A DNA stretch of 64,000 bases from Azolla caroliniana (Eukaryota; Plantae; Polypodiophyta): positions 14,446,001 to 14,510,000 of the forward strand of contig JBHGNT010000007.1 in assembly GCA_043228905.1 (NCBI GenBank). The letters run 5' to 3'. The notes below the pieces were generated by a model. The model was not told the origin of the DNA. It ran no database searches and was given only the letters and a program-made list of their open reading frames with translations. Below are positions 52,801-64,000 of the stretch, piece by piece; the stretch's first letter is position 1, and every line of letters begins with the position of its first letter. The position numbers were made by a program, and so were the translations under genes.

Positions 52801-53941
52801 TTATAGTATATGACGTTGATACTCCATATGCTTCACCGAATATCACCTTCTTCAATTGTTGATCATAACTTTGACATACTTGAAGCAAATCATGGAAAGA
52901 CCTTGGATACTTCATATGCACTTCATATTGAAAATATGGATGTAGCCCTGCTTTGAATCTTTGCATCTTGAAATATACATCTTCAACACCTCCAACAAGT
53001 CGAATCCAAGTGGACCATATATCCAAAAACGTCTTCTTATACTCGAAGTAGCACATTGATGAAACCATACGCAATTGGAAACGTTCTCTTCGTAGATCTG
53101 TCGCATCATGAACTCCATATCTTGCCATTAGTTTGATGATGAATTGGTAGATCTAACCATCAATGAGTGGATAACCGTTCCTCCCGTTATACGAAAAGGA
53201 TCGACCCTCCCTGGAGCGCCAAAATGATGAAGAGAGAGAAAAAAAAGATAGAGAAGAGAAGAGGAAGAAAAAAGAATACTTAAATAAACTATTAAGAAAA
53301 GAATATAATCCTCTTAGACACCAAGAGGAACAACCCCAAATAACTACTTCAATATACTATTACTAAAATAGTATTTTTGCCTTCTCTCTTTCTTCTACTA
53401 ATCGTCTTCCCACTTCTTCTAATCTTCTTCTTCTTCCTCACTTCTTCTTCTTCACTTACTCTTGTAGATCTTCTATCCTTCCTTGTAGATATTCTATTCT
53501 TCCTCCATCCCCCATATTGCTAAGAATACCACATATTTATAGGTTTTTAGTTGCGTTATTCTTGCTTTTTTCTTTTCTTTTCTTTTACATATCCTCGAGT
53601 TTGTGTGGTGCGTTTTTCATATAATTATTTCTGGGTTTTCATACAAGAAAGCTCTCTGTGTTAGTTTTCTTGCGAATCTTTTCTTTTGAAATTTGGATAA
53701 AAGATGAAGAAGTTATGAGCTTTTTTCTCTACCTTGCCTTTTCTGCTTAATTTCCTGCGTTTTTCTTCTTTTTCTTTTTTTCTTCTTTTTCTACTTTTGA
53801 AAAACGCCTCTATCATTGTTTCTCGTCAATTTCATTTATCTTTTAACTTGTGAACCTTTCATATTGTGCTTTATTCTTCTATATCTTTGCATCCAATATA
53901 TTTGTCACGGTCTTTTCCTATGAGCAAAAATTGACTTCACA
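46819..53941 (-). mobile_element. Element C: internally deleted Gypsy-derived LTR element inserted in the pol of B
   Basis: 5' LTR 53225-53941; 3' LTR 46819-47202 + 51063-51205; PBS TGGCGCTCCAGGGAGGG; PPT AGGAGGGGGGC; TSD CATAC/CTTAC; gag-like ORF 52463-53128 and RT scraps (FVSPIVVVLKKN). Confidence 0.8.
47203..51062 (-). mobile_element. Element D: gag-only (TR-GAG-like) relative of element A present as about 1.3 tandem units
   Basis: 781-bp LTRs at 47209-47989 and 50074-50854; PBS TGGTGAACCCAACGTGAA (tRNA-Trp); gag MENQQEA...FDGKDVLRYL; no pol; 47990-48197 repeated at 50855-51062. Confidence 0.85.
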
Positions 53942-56612
53942 CTTACAAACGCGAAGATTGTAGAAACTACTTCTTGAAGCTTGAGCGCTAAGGAAGGCCG
54001 ACTATAATAAAGGAAAGCTGATTTATGTGAGTGTGGATACAAGCCCAACCGGAATCGGGTGGGTCATCAACCAAGAAGGAGAAGATAGTTTACAGTATGC
54101 CATTTGGTTCAGAGCAAAGGTGCTCAGCGAACAACAACAAGGATATGCCCAAGTCAAGCGGGAACTTTGGGGTATTGTGTCTACGGTTAAGGTAGACAAA
54201 GACTACCTGATCGGGTCAGAAGTGATAATTGAGATGGTTTGTCTCCCAATCCTCGGGATGATCTTAGTGTGTGTGACACCAAATCTGGCTATGTTAAGGT
54301 GGATCGCTTATATCAAGTCTTTGAACCCAAAAATCCGCCACATTGTAGGAAATAACAACACCATGGGTGACATGCTCTCAAGAGCAAGATTCAAGAATGA
54401 AAGTGACATGGTTTCGGAAGATGAAGACGTCACCCTCGACTTCTTCAAGACAACCCAACTGTCGGCGGAAGACAAGGACATGCCAAACCTCCACGCCTTC
54501 AACGAGAATGAGTACGAGGGAGCGTGGTTACTGATCGGCAGGTTCTTGAGAACAATGATGGCGGATGCTTCGTGGACGAAGTAGGACGCTCTACGAATCC
54601 GAAAGAAAAATAGCAATGCCACGTCAAGTAATGGTGAAGAGAGAGGACCAAGCAACGATGATGTATAAATTCCACGAGAGTCCTTGGGCATGTCATAGAA
54701 GAACATGGGTGACGTTTGAAAAGCTGAAAGAGAAGTACTAGTGGTTGAGCACATATAAAGATGTACTTCATTTCGTGCCCACATGCGAAAACCGTCAAGT
54801 ACATTCGAACATACGTCACCATGATCAGTTACGACCGACATACCCACTCGCCATACACTTCAAATGGATGGTGGATCTAGTGTCAATGCCAATGGGAGTG
54901 GAATAGATGAAGTACTTGGTACGGGCAAGAGAAGATCTGACAAATCAGGTAGAAGGACGAGCCTTGGCAAATAAGATGATGTCAGCCATTTGCAAAATTT
55001 CTACTCGAAGAGGTCGTTTGCCGATATGGATGTGTAGGAAAGATAGTGGCTGACCGAGGGGAGTTGGGCGCATGCAAAGCAATGGAGCTCTTCGAGCGAC
55101 TAGCCGTGAAGCTCTCCCTCACGAATGCCGACCATCTGGAAGCAAATGGAAATATCAAGCGAGGGCATGGACCAATAGTTAGAGCCATCGTACGAGCATG
55201 TGATAGTCGAGTCAGGAACTAGCCGCGACTATTGCCCTATGCCTTGTGGGCCGACTGAACTACGCACAGTTTTGTGACAAGCTATATGCCAACAGAGCTT
55301 ATGTATGGGCACAAACCAATAATGCCCATTGAAAAGAGGATCGCCTCTTCGGTAGAGATACCATGGAAGAGCGAGATGACCCGAGAAGAATTATTAGCGG
55401 CACCAATAAGACAACTCCAAAGAAGACCTAAAGATCTAGAAAATGCGCGAAAAATAATGGAGGCAGCCTGAGTGAAGAACAACATTCGGTTCGACAAGAC
55501 ACATCAAATGCGTGCCAAGAAAATTGAAGGAGATTGGGTATTGGTCGACGACATCAGCCTTGACATTAAACACAGGACAACAAGAAAGTTCGCGAAAAGG
55601 GGGTTCGGACTGTATGTGTTGACAAGTGCCAACGACAATGCCACCTACCACCTTGCGAAGCTAGACGGATCAAGGTTGGCCATACCCATTGCAGGGGAAA
55701 GAGTAAAAATCTTCAAGAAAAGACAAGATGACGATCTTGACCTCGATGACCTCAACAATGAAGATGGTAAGCCGGAACTCGCAAATGTGAGTGAGGTCAA
55801 CGAGGATGTGGAGGAATCAGATTGATCACCGTAACTGAAATCTCACACTCTCTTCTTGGCACGTACTAGAGGACATGCGGTTTGGTGGGGGTGGATGTCG
55901 TGAAGATTTTCGGCAACGGTGTGAAAATCATGTGGAAAAGGGAAAACCGAGAAGGGTTCACTTTAGCTCTTCTCTCATTGTTTTTTCTAAGTTAATTATC
56001 CCACATATATATGCAGGTAATACGACTCTCTCTATATATATACCAACTTATTTGGCACATATATATATGACTGTGTATATATGAATTCCATTCGACCGAC
56101 TACCATTTGATTCAATCTTGTTTCGGCTTTTGGTTGATTTTATCCAACCGACTTTTCTTTCGACTTTTTGACCGATTTTGGGCAGTCGACTCTCTGGTTT
56201 CGGCTTTTTCGTTCGATTTCAGCCAACAGACTCTTGTTTTGGCTTTTTGACTGATTTCGACTAGCCGAGTCTCCCACAAGGAGGGACAATCTTACATAAC
56301 ACAATTGACTTACCACAAAGCCAAGTCATTTCTTAAAAAAGTTGTATTTTCATCATTATACTTTTTCATATGTAATTTCTCATACATGAGAGCTTAAATG
56401 AATGACATGGTTATCATGCATTACATGTAATGCATGAGCGCCAAATGGCAAACATGTATCACATGTATTTCATGCATTACATGCATTATATGGATGGGGG
56501 CATCTATAAAAAAGTGGAGTAAAAAGAAAAGGATCATCAATAAATTAATCAAGGTGCTATGTACTGAATCAAGGAAACAATAATAAAAATCTACTTATCT
56601 TATTTGTGATGT

Positions 56613-57612
56613 ACTGAACCGGATGATGAGTACCCGGCAAGGAAGACCCGGTGAGAACCGGATGACGCAGACCCGGTGAGAACCTCTCACCGGATGAAGG
56701 GACATAGATATAAATATGTTTTTGTTAGCCCATTGTGGCTATATTTGTAAATAGCCCGAAAGTCATATTTGTATATATATGACCTAGGGCAAACAGGGGT
56801 ACGCTTGTTGGCATTATCATTGTATAGAGCCATTGTGTGTGTAATTGTTGTATATAGCATAGAAGAGGGAAAGGGAGAGAGAGACGGAGAGAGACAGAGG
56901 GAGCCTCTGTTGTAACCGCCAGGAGAAGATTGTGAGCACGAGGTCGTTGCCTTTGTGCTCCCTGTTGTATTCTCCTTACATAGTGATAGTTGGAGTTTGT
57001 GAACTCCCGTGGTTTTTCCCTCTCAGGGTTTTCCACGTTAACATCATGTGCATTCTCTTCTGTTTGTGTACTTACTTCCATTTCTTATTTTTCTGTGTTT
57101 GATAATCATGAAGTGATTGAAGACTCGGTTGTGCCCGAGCACTATTCTGCATATTCTTTTCAATCTGGTATACGAACAAAACGACACAGAAAATGGAAGA
57201 TTCGTTGGGAGGCATGTTCAAGCTCACCGGCTCCAACTACTCAGTGTGGAAGTTGAAGATGAGGGATATGCTCGTGGTCAAAGATCTTTGGTTGCCGGTT
57301 CAGTTCGAGGACAAGAGTCCGGAAAAGATCGATGCCACGATATGGGAGGTGATGCACATGAAGACAACGACATATATCCGGTGTTTCATCGACATGAGCC
57401 TGTATAACAACTTCAATGAAGAGAGGAAGGCTCATGAGCTCTGGGAGAAGATCGACATTATGTTTCAGAACAAAAATGATGTTAAATGGGTTTTGGTATT
57501 TTGGAAGCTAGTGAGGCTCCGGTACCAAGACGGCTCCAGTATGGCGAAGCACATGAATGCCTTCCAGGGGCTGATTCACCAGGCAACCTTGTTGGAAGTA
57601 CCTCTCGCCGAT
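56613..57612 (+). mobile_element. 5' part of a Copia element (LTR, PBS, gag N-terminus)
   Basis: TGGTAT PBS at ~57166; gag MFKLTGSNYSVWKLKMRDML...LWEKI. Confidence 0.75.
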
Positions 57613-58025
57613 AACTACAAATGTGGCCATTTGGAATGCAATCAAGATAGAATGGACGTTTCGATGAAGCGTTGACTTGTTTTTACATGCTGGAGATTGT
57701 TTTTACCTTTACATGTGGTCCCCTAGCTTGTCGTAGCAAAGGCTTGTGGAAGTGTAGAAGCTATTGACAAGGGAAAATAAATTCACGGTGACATTGCGGA
57801 TATGGCTCTTGGGGATAATGTTACAATGGTATTGGGCAATGCTTCGATGGACATGTATGACAAATGTGGTAGGTTTGGAACAACCAAGGAAGTGCTGGAA
57901 ATGTTTGTTTTTCAAGATGTGAATAGCTTGGAATGCACTCATTATAACATATGTCCAGCATGAACAAGGCCACAAAGCACTCGATTCATTTGAACAAATG
58001 CAAAGTATGGGCATTTCTCGGATTT
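57613..58025 (+). pseudogene. Degenerate PLS-class PPR fragment
   Basis: VLGNASMDMYDKCG and VNSWNALIITYVQHEQGHKALDSFEQMQSMGIS across frameshifts. Confidence 0.75.
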
Positions 58026-58356
58026 GGATAATGGCATGGCATCATTGTAATTTCTTTGCCTATAAAGATTGGCGAGGGGTTTTTTTCTTACTTATCTTAC
58101 CTAGAAAGACTGGCTAGAGTCATTCGGCATGGCTTTACAATATTCGAAGTAATATTAGACTATTTTGTGCATGGCCTCTGGCCACTTTCATTTTAATACC
58201 AATGGAAGATATTTTTTCAGGAAAAATAAATAAATAAATAAAATTACCTAATTATTACCAGGAACCTTATCCATGAATTCTCACTTCCTCCTTCTTAGGG
58301 GATTGATCCTTAGATAAGTGAAGGTGACTTGTCAAATGTGGTAATTGGTTTGGCGT

Positions 58357-58870
58357 TGTTGAGCGAGCAAGCTCAACTAGGGCCAAGTTGGTTGAACAAG
58401 CCGAGAGCCGGATTGGATGGAGACTGATCGGCTAGGCCCGAATCGGCTGAGTAAGCCGAAAGCCGAATTGGTTGGTCGTTAGAGGCCTATATTCCTATTC
58501 TAGTAAATAGGATTATTCTAGGCAGAGTTAGTGTCAAGCTCAATTAATGAGCATAAGTACTTGTCAGTACTTGTGTCAGCCCACTCATCAAGGCTTGTAT
58601 ATAAAATGCTCTCTGAGCACATTCATTGTATTGAGTAGAGAGAACATTTTGCTAATAGATGATTGTTGTTGTCTGTTCTGACACCATGTAAAAGAATATG
58701 TGACATTTTGCTAATAGATGATTGTTGTTGTCTGCTCTGACACCATACCATGTAAAAGAATATGTGTACGGAAACATATGCGAAAGACACAAAGTACAGT
58801 TGGTTAGTTGGAAACATGACAGTTAGGTAAACACAGAGTTGAGATGAGAGAGAGAAAGAGACAAAAAGAG
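58357..58870. mobile_element. Rearranged LTR remnant related to the solo LTR at 18304-18734
   Basis: TGTTGAG...AAGCTCAAC start and ATTAATGAGCAT...TGTCAGTACT motif on +; the other terminus TGTAAAAGAATA appears inverted and duplicated at ~58687 and ~58751. Confidence 0.55.
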
Positions 58871-60330
58871 AGCCCGATTAACGTACTATCACTGAGATAA
58901 CTGCAAAAAATCCCTTATCTCTCGTGATTTGCATTCCAAGAAATTTTTTCTTGGGCCTAAGTTCTTCATGATAAACTCCTTCCCTTATCTCTTGTGATTT
59001 ACATTCCAAGAATTTTTTTTCTTGGGCCTAAGTCCTTCATGACAAACTCCTTTGACAATTGCTAATTCAACCTTCAAATACCATCCATATCTAAACCTCT
59101 ACCAACATATCATTGACATAAATTAGCAAATGATATAATTGGACGTACATATTTTGAATTAACAACAATGATCAACAACAATGATCAGCATTGCACTTCC
59201 AAAAACCTTCTTGTACATGGAACCATTGAAACACTATCTTGGGGGCTTGCTTTTAGGCCATACAAACTCGTCTTCAGGCTACATATCATGTTTTCCTTCC
59301 CTATTTTGTTGGAAACCTTTTATCTAGTGCACATGTATCTCCTCGTCCAAGTCTATGTAAAGAAATGTAGTCTTCATGTCTAATTGTCCAAGATAAAGTT
59401 TTCAATGGCAAGAGTACCCAACACTAATCTCATAGTATTCAGCTTCACAATTGGAATAAAAAACGTCGGTGTAAATCCTTTTTACTAGTGGGGATTTTTA
59501 TTTTTGTGAGCCATCAAGCACATCTTTCAATCCTTACCCATTTCTTATGAAATGCCTTCTTCCCCATAGGTAACTCAAGCTAGATCAAAGACTCCCATTT
59601 CTTATGAAGTGCCTTCTTCCCCATAGGTAACTCAAGCTAGATCAAAGACTCCCATCGCATTTCTCTAGTTGAATATTGTGCCACTCATTGCACCCTTTGA
59701 GATATTCCAATTATCATCATGAAAGATCATAGATTAAATAAATTCTACAAACCAAATAATAATCTACAAAAATGAAAACCCATTGACATCTACGAATTAA
59801 GAGTGTAACCGATTGATAATCAATTGGGACGTGACAATGCTTATGACTAGGTCATGATAATATGATATTGGTACAATGATAAGATTGAAATTAGAAATAA
59901 AAGCCCTTTTGACATTAAAAAGACTTCAAAGACTTTATTTATGTATGCTTATCAGTAGGGCATAGGCATAATATTATGAAATTGGTATGATGATCAAGAA
60001 AGAATTAGAAACAAAAACCCTTTCAAATTTTAAAAGACTTTATCTTTATTCACAACAGTAAAGCTCAAGATATGAGATTATGCCACTTCAGGAAGTTCTG
60101 CATCAACAGGTTATTTTATTTATTCACAGCACTGAAGCTCAAGGTATGAGATTGTTCCACTTCATTGATCCGAAGAGACCAGTTGAAACTGTTTTGGACC
60201 AAAAAAAAAACATTTGAGACATTAAAGAAGTTGCTTATTTATTCACAACAGTAGAGCTCAAGATATGAGATTGAGCCACTTCATTGAGCTACATGACATA
60301 GGAAAGGGCTTGCTCCCACCAATAGTGCAT

Positions 60331-62419
60331 TTAATCTTGAGAAGGAGATCGTGGATATTGGCTATGACGTTCCTCATACCTCTCATGCTCTCCTCGACGA
60401 TAATGTTCTTCTTGAGAATATGGCTGACGTTCCTCATACCTCTCATCCTCATGATCATGTTCTCCTCGACGAGAATGTGACCTTGTTCTTGATCCTTCTT
60501 TTCTCGCATCATAAAGAGGGAATTCTTTCTTTTCTCGCATCATAAAGAGGGAATTCTTCTTGAGAGTGTGACCTTGTTCTTGATTCTTCTTTTCTGGCAT
60601 CATAAGGAGGAAATATAATCTCTTCGTCCCTACCCAACTCCTCAAGGGTTTGTCGATCCACATTGAAGGCTGCCGCAAGAACTTCCTTTGGGATGCCATG
60701 GTATACGGAGTTGCGACCCGCAAGGAAAGAAATTGACAGCCTAGGAAAACAAGGCATCAAAACCCAATGCAGCATTTATATAAAAGAAAAAGGAGTAAGC
60801 AAACAAGAGACTAAAAAGAGGATATTAGTACCTATGCGATGTTAGGAAGCTAACCATCTGGATCCCTTCTTGGCCAGCAACCTTGATCAAGGGGAAGAAT
60901 TGTGGTACGAGTATGAAGGAGCCTCAGTGCACCTCCTCATTGAACACACTTCGTCCGTCACCATTCGATACTTGAATCTGTCCACTGCCGCAAGTTACAT
61001 AGATAAGCTGGTGAGCATTAGTAGAGAATCCAGGAGCCACCATAGCATTCTATCAAAATGCAAGAAACGGAGGATAAACATGTCAAAAGACGTATAGATG
61101 CTCTTGGACCACACCAAAGACCTCCAGTTCAACCCAATCATTCTTACCTCCTGAAGGGAGACTCTCCCTACACTAAATCCAACATTGTGAAGTGCAGGCA
61201 ACTTCTGGGAGGTAATAATGCTCATGAAGCCGCCATTCTCGACGAAGATATCAGGCTGAGATGATGGAGTGTATTGAAGCTCCTGAAAGATGTTCGAGGA
61301 GGTATCATCATCGAACAATGCTTCTTCTTCATTATGCCATCGTCGACTCCTCCCAGATGAGGATGAAGAGGAGTATTGTGTGGAGCGAGAACTTGTCTCA
61401 GGGAAGCGAATAGGACTAGTAACACAGAACTATGCCAACCTCGGTTTGGCGCTCAAGAAGAGACCCAATTGTGTCTTCATCAACTCCCCAAGCAGTGGCT
61501 AGGGCCTTGTGACTGAAGCCGTGAAGGAAGGATCCGAATCGACGTTGTTGTCCACCTGAGAGGGAAAATTGCTACAAGCACAGCACATAGGAAAACACAT
61601 CAAATCTGATCATGTTATAGCTGTCTCTCTATAATATAAATGTAGAAGATTAAAAAGAAAATAATGGAGGCCTTCTTCTTCTTACATTGTAGTGACTAGG
61701 ATGAGGAGAGGCAAGGCTAGCTATGTCAGCAGCACACAAGACGCGGTGCACCTCTTTCCCACAATTATACCACCAATAGATGGTACCCTTCGGAAGAGCA
61801 ATCACATCTCCCCTCTCCACTCGTCGAAACATATGGTCCAGAGCCGATAATGCCACTACCGCTACCACTTCCACTTGGGAGGACAGCACCCATATATCCA
61901 CAACCTAACCAAATACATTCATGTAGATTCATAATAATACATATCCTAATACATCATCATTTGTTGTTGGATGGATCAAACCAATCTTATATTATGATTA
62001 CGATACCTTGGATCACATAAGCAACCTTGGGGACATTGGCATAGTTTGGCAAAAGCAAGCCGTCTTGCTCGAGCTCTAGCTCTGCAATCCGGACCCCGAC
62101 ATTGCGGATAGCACGATCGATATCATCTTTCATCCAAACACGCACTACTCCACCTTCAGTTTGTAACACCTCACAAGGTTCCCCAAGATCTAGATCAAGA
62201 AACTCTTTCTTCCTTCTCCTCTTTCTGTCTATCATCATGATTATCGAGCGTGGAAATTAATGTCGTAGTATAGAGATTCGATCGACCTTTGCAACCTTCC
62301 AATGAAAAATATTCAGAAGGAGCATCACGACCTTCCAATGAAGCATATGATTCATCCACCACACAACCTAGAAGAAGCAGCAGGAATACCCATATCATCA
62401 AATGGTTGTAGTAACGCAT
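60331..62419 (-). pseudogene. 11S globulin/legumin-like bicupin storage protein pseudogene, 5 exons (62419-62007, 61904-61686, 61571-61148, 61049-60832, 60740-60331)
   Basis: Signal peptide MRYYNHLMIWVFLLLLLG; GLLLPNYANVPKVAYVIQG, RGDVIALPKGTIYWWYN, PDIFVENGG, NAHQLIYVTCGSG, VPQFF, SFLAGRNSV...VLAAAFNV; GT-AG introns; frameshifts and an in-frame TGA at 60924-60926. Confidence 0.88.
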
Positions 62420-62459
62420 AATGAGCAAAATATTGAAAGGATATCTTTGTGGGAATAGA

Positions 62460-62565
62460 TAGGATATATAAATGTGATACAACACAACTGGAGATTGAGG
62501 GCATATATATGATCTATTGTAATGGCATGCAAGGGATTGTGCATGGAGGTGTGTGTCCACATGGC
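62460..62565 (-). promoter_or_regulatory. Globulin promoter: TATA box and two RY (CATGCA) elements
   Basis: TTTATATAT at ~62464-62472; CATGCA at 62526-62531 and TGCATG at 62540-62545. Confidence 0.6.
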
Positions 62566-62619
62566 AGCACAGCTCAAGGGTGATGATCATCATGAGTGTA
62601 CTACTATTAATCAACATTC

Positions 62620-63650
62620 ATGTGTTGTAATCACCTTACCCAAGGTTCCTTCTAAAGACTACTTCTAGTATGTACATACTTGCAATCATGTCCAAACATA
62701 TTTCATAAGTCATCACTCGTATGCCCAAACACCGCAAAGTCATTCTATATAGCTTCGGAATCCATGAATGGGGCCTAATGAATGGTTGGAATATATCAAA
62801 GATGATACTTCGGAATGTTTTTTGGCTTGTTTTCTATCCGAATATCATGACAACCAAGACGAATGCTCTCCACTCGATGATGAATTAAATGTTCTCCGAA
62901 TATTAATGTGACATGCAAACTTGGTTATATATAAACTATCAAAACCATACAGGAAATATAAATTCATGGTTTCATCTAGAATGGAGTTAGTAAAGAATAA
63001 AGAAAGGAGTCGAAAATATAATTGCAAGCATTCCCTAACCTTCCTTCCCGTTCCACTTGGAAACAACCACTCTAATTGGGATGAGCCAGCTTATTGATCT
63101 CCTCCTTCACTTGAGGCACATAGTTGGGGTTCAATGGATATCGGTGGTGTTCAACCTGGATCACATCAGTTTTGAGTTGTAACTAATGTTGATAGAAATT
63201 GGGTTGTAAACCTTATCATCGTTGATGATAAGGTGGATACCTCATATAGTTCATAAGTTTGTGGTGAAAGTTTGGATACCGCCTTATATACTTTGGCTTG
63301 AGGTCGTCCTCTAAAGCCAAAGTACTTCTTCTCACTCTTTTTCCAACATCCTGAACTCGTATATCTCTTGGTCGAGTACATTGCATGCCATTGCAAATTC
63401 TACCAATAATTCCAGATAGCTCTATTCCGTGGACTCCATGGGATAAGCGTTGATCTAATCCATCATCTTGTTGGCTATGACATTGTGTGGCACGGTCATG
63501 GCTTTGAATAGGGTTGAACATCACCAACATTTGTATTACAATTTGACATAATGAAAGAATAAGAGAATAAGGAGAATAAGATATTAACAGTGCTAAACGA
63601 CATCGACAACCCCCAAACGGAGAACATGAGATAAATATTACCAATAAATA
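62620..63650 (-). mobile_element. Highly degenerate Gypsy RT remnant
   Basis: Minus strand scraps YPLNPNYVPQVKEEINKL, IIEWRAFVLVVMIFG, NDFAVFG. Confidence 0.55.
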
Positions 63651-64000
63651 TTACCTTTTATTATACCTTGATTTTTCAATAATAGGTCCAAAGAAGAGGG
63701 AATAGCCTAACGAATAAAGTCTCAAAATGTCGTAATGAAGAGGGTAGCTCTCAAACCACCACTCGCTCCCACATGTTTTGGATCATTATGGGATTGTCCC
63801 ACTTATTAGAATAAGTGGTTTCCAAATATCCTACCCTCACACATTAAAATTAGCTATAAGCATAGTTCCTAAATGTTAGAATCTTAATTAATGTTAACAA
63901 AAATTAAGAAAGAAAGAGTGCCAGTACACCCCTTAGCGAAAGTGAGAGATGGATTTATGTCCCTCGCCGGCGTCTCATACTACAATTTACAAACATGGAT

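Larger units (their letters stand above)
31638..56612 (+). mobile_element. Element B: Phygy-like Gypsy element, heavily nested; 5' LTR 31638-33887, 3' LTR 55896-56612 (truncated)
   Basis: Matching LTRs TGTC(A/G)TGAAGATTTTC; PBS TGGTGAACCCTACGTGA; gag CVWCDNMDHMRRDC; protease FIDHGSEINL; RT FLDDIP (45924-46815); RNase H and integrase 54000-55800; PPT GGTGGGGGTGGA. Confidence 0.88.

Overview
Eukaryotic plant genomic DNA, most likely a fern or another seed-free plant. This is inferred from a PLS-type PPR remnant, Tcn1-like and Phygy-like Gypsy elements and a spore/seed-type 11S globulin. The window is a ~55 kb block of nested, degenerate retrotransposons (Ty3/Gypsy, Ty1/Copia, L1 and RTE-like LINEs, solo LTRs, non-autonomous LTR elements, a 5S-bearing Cassandra-like fragment) plus two hAT-type MITEs. 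It lies between the last exon of a protein kinase (left end) and a 5-exon legumin/11S-globulin-like pseudogene with RY boxes (right end). Most insertions can be bounded by TG...CA ends and target-site duplications read directly from the sequence. The most unusual signals are: (1) four different LTR families carry an antisense tRNA-like A-box/B-box module near the U3 end of the LTR; (2) two related elements have a copy of a tRNA-Arg 3' end where the polypurine tract should be, which suggests tRNA priming of both strands; (3) one 5-bp TSD flanks a composite made of two different, oppositely oriented LTR ends. Family assignments come from motif recognition only; no database search was run.
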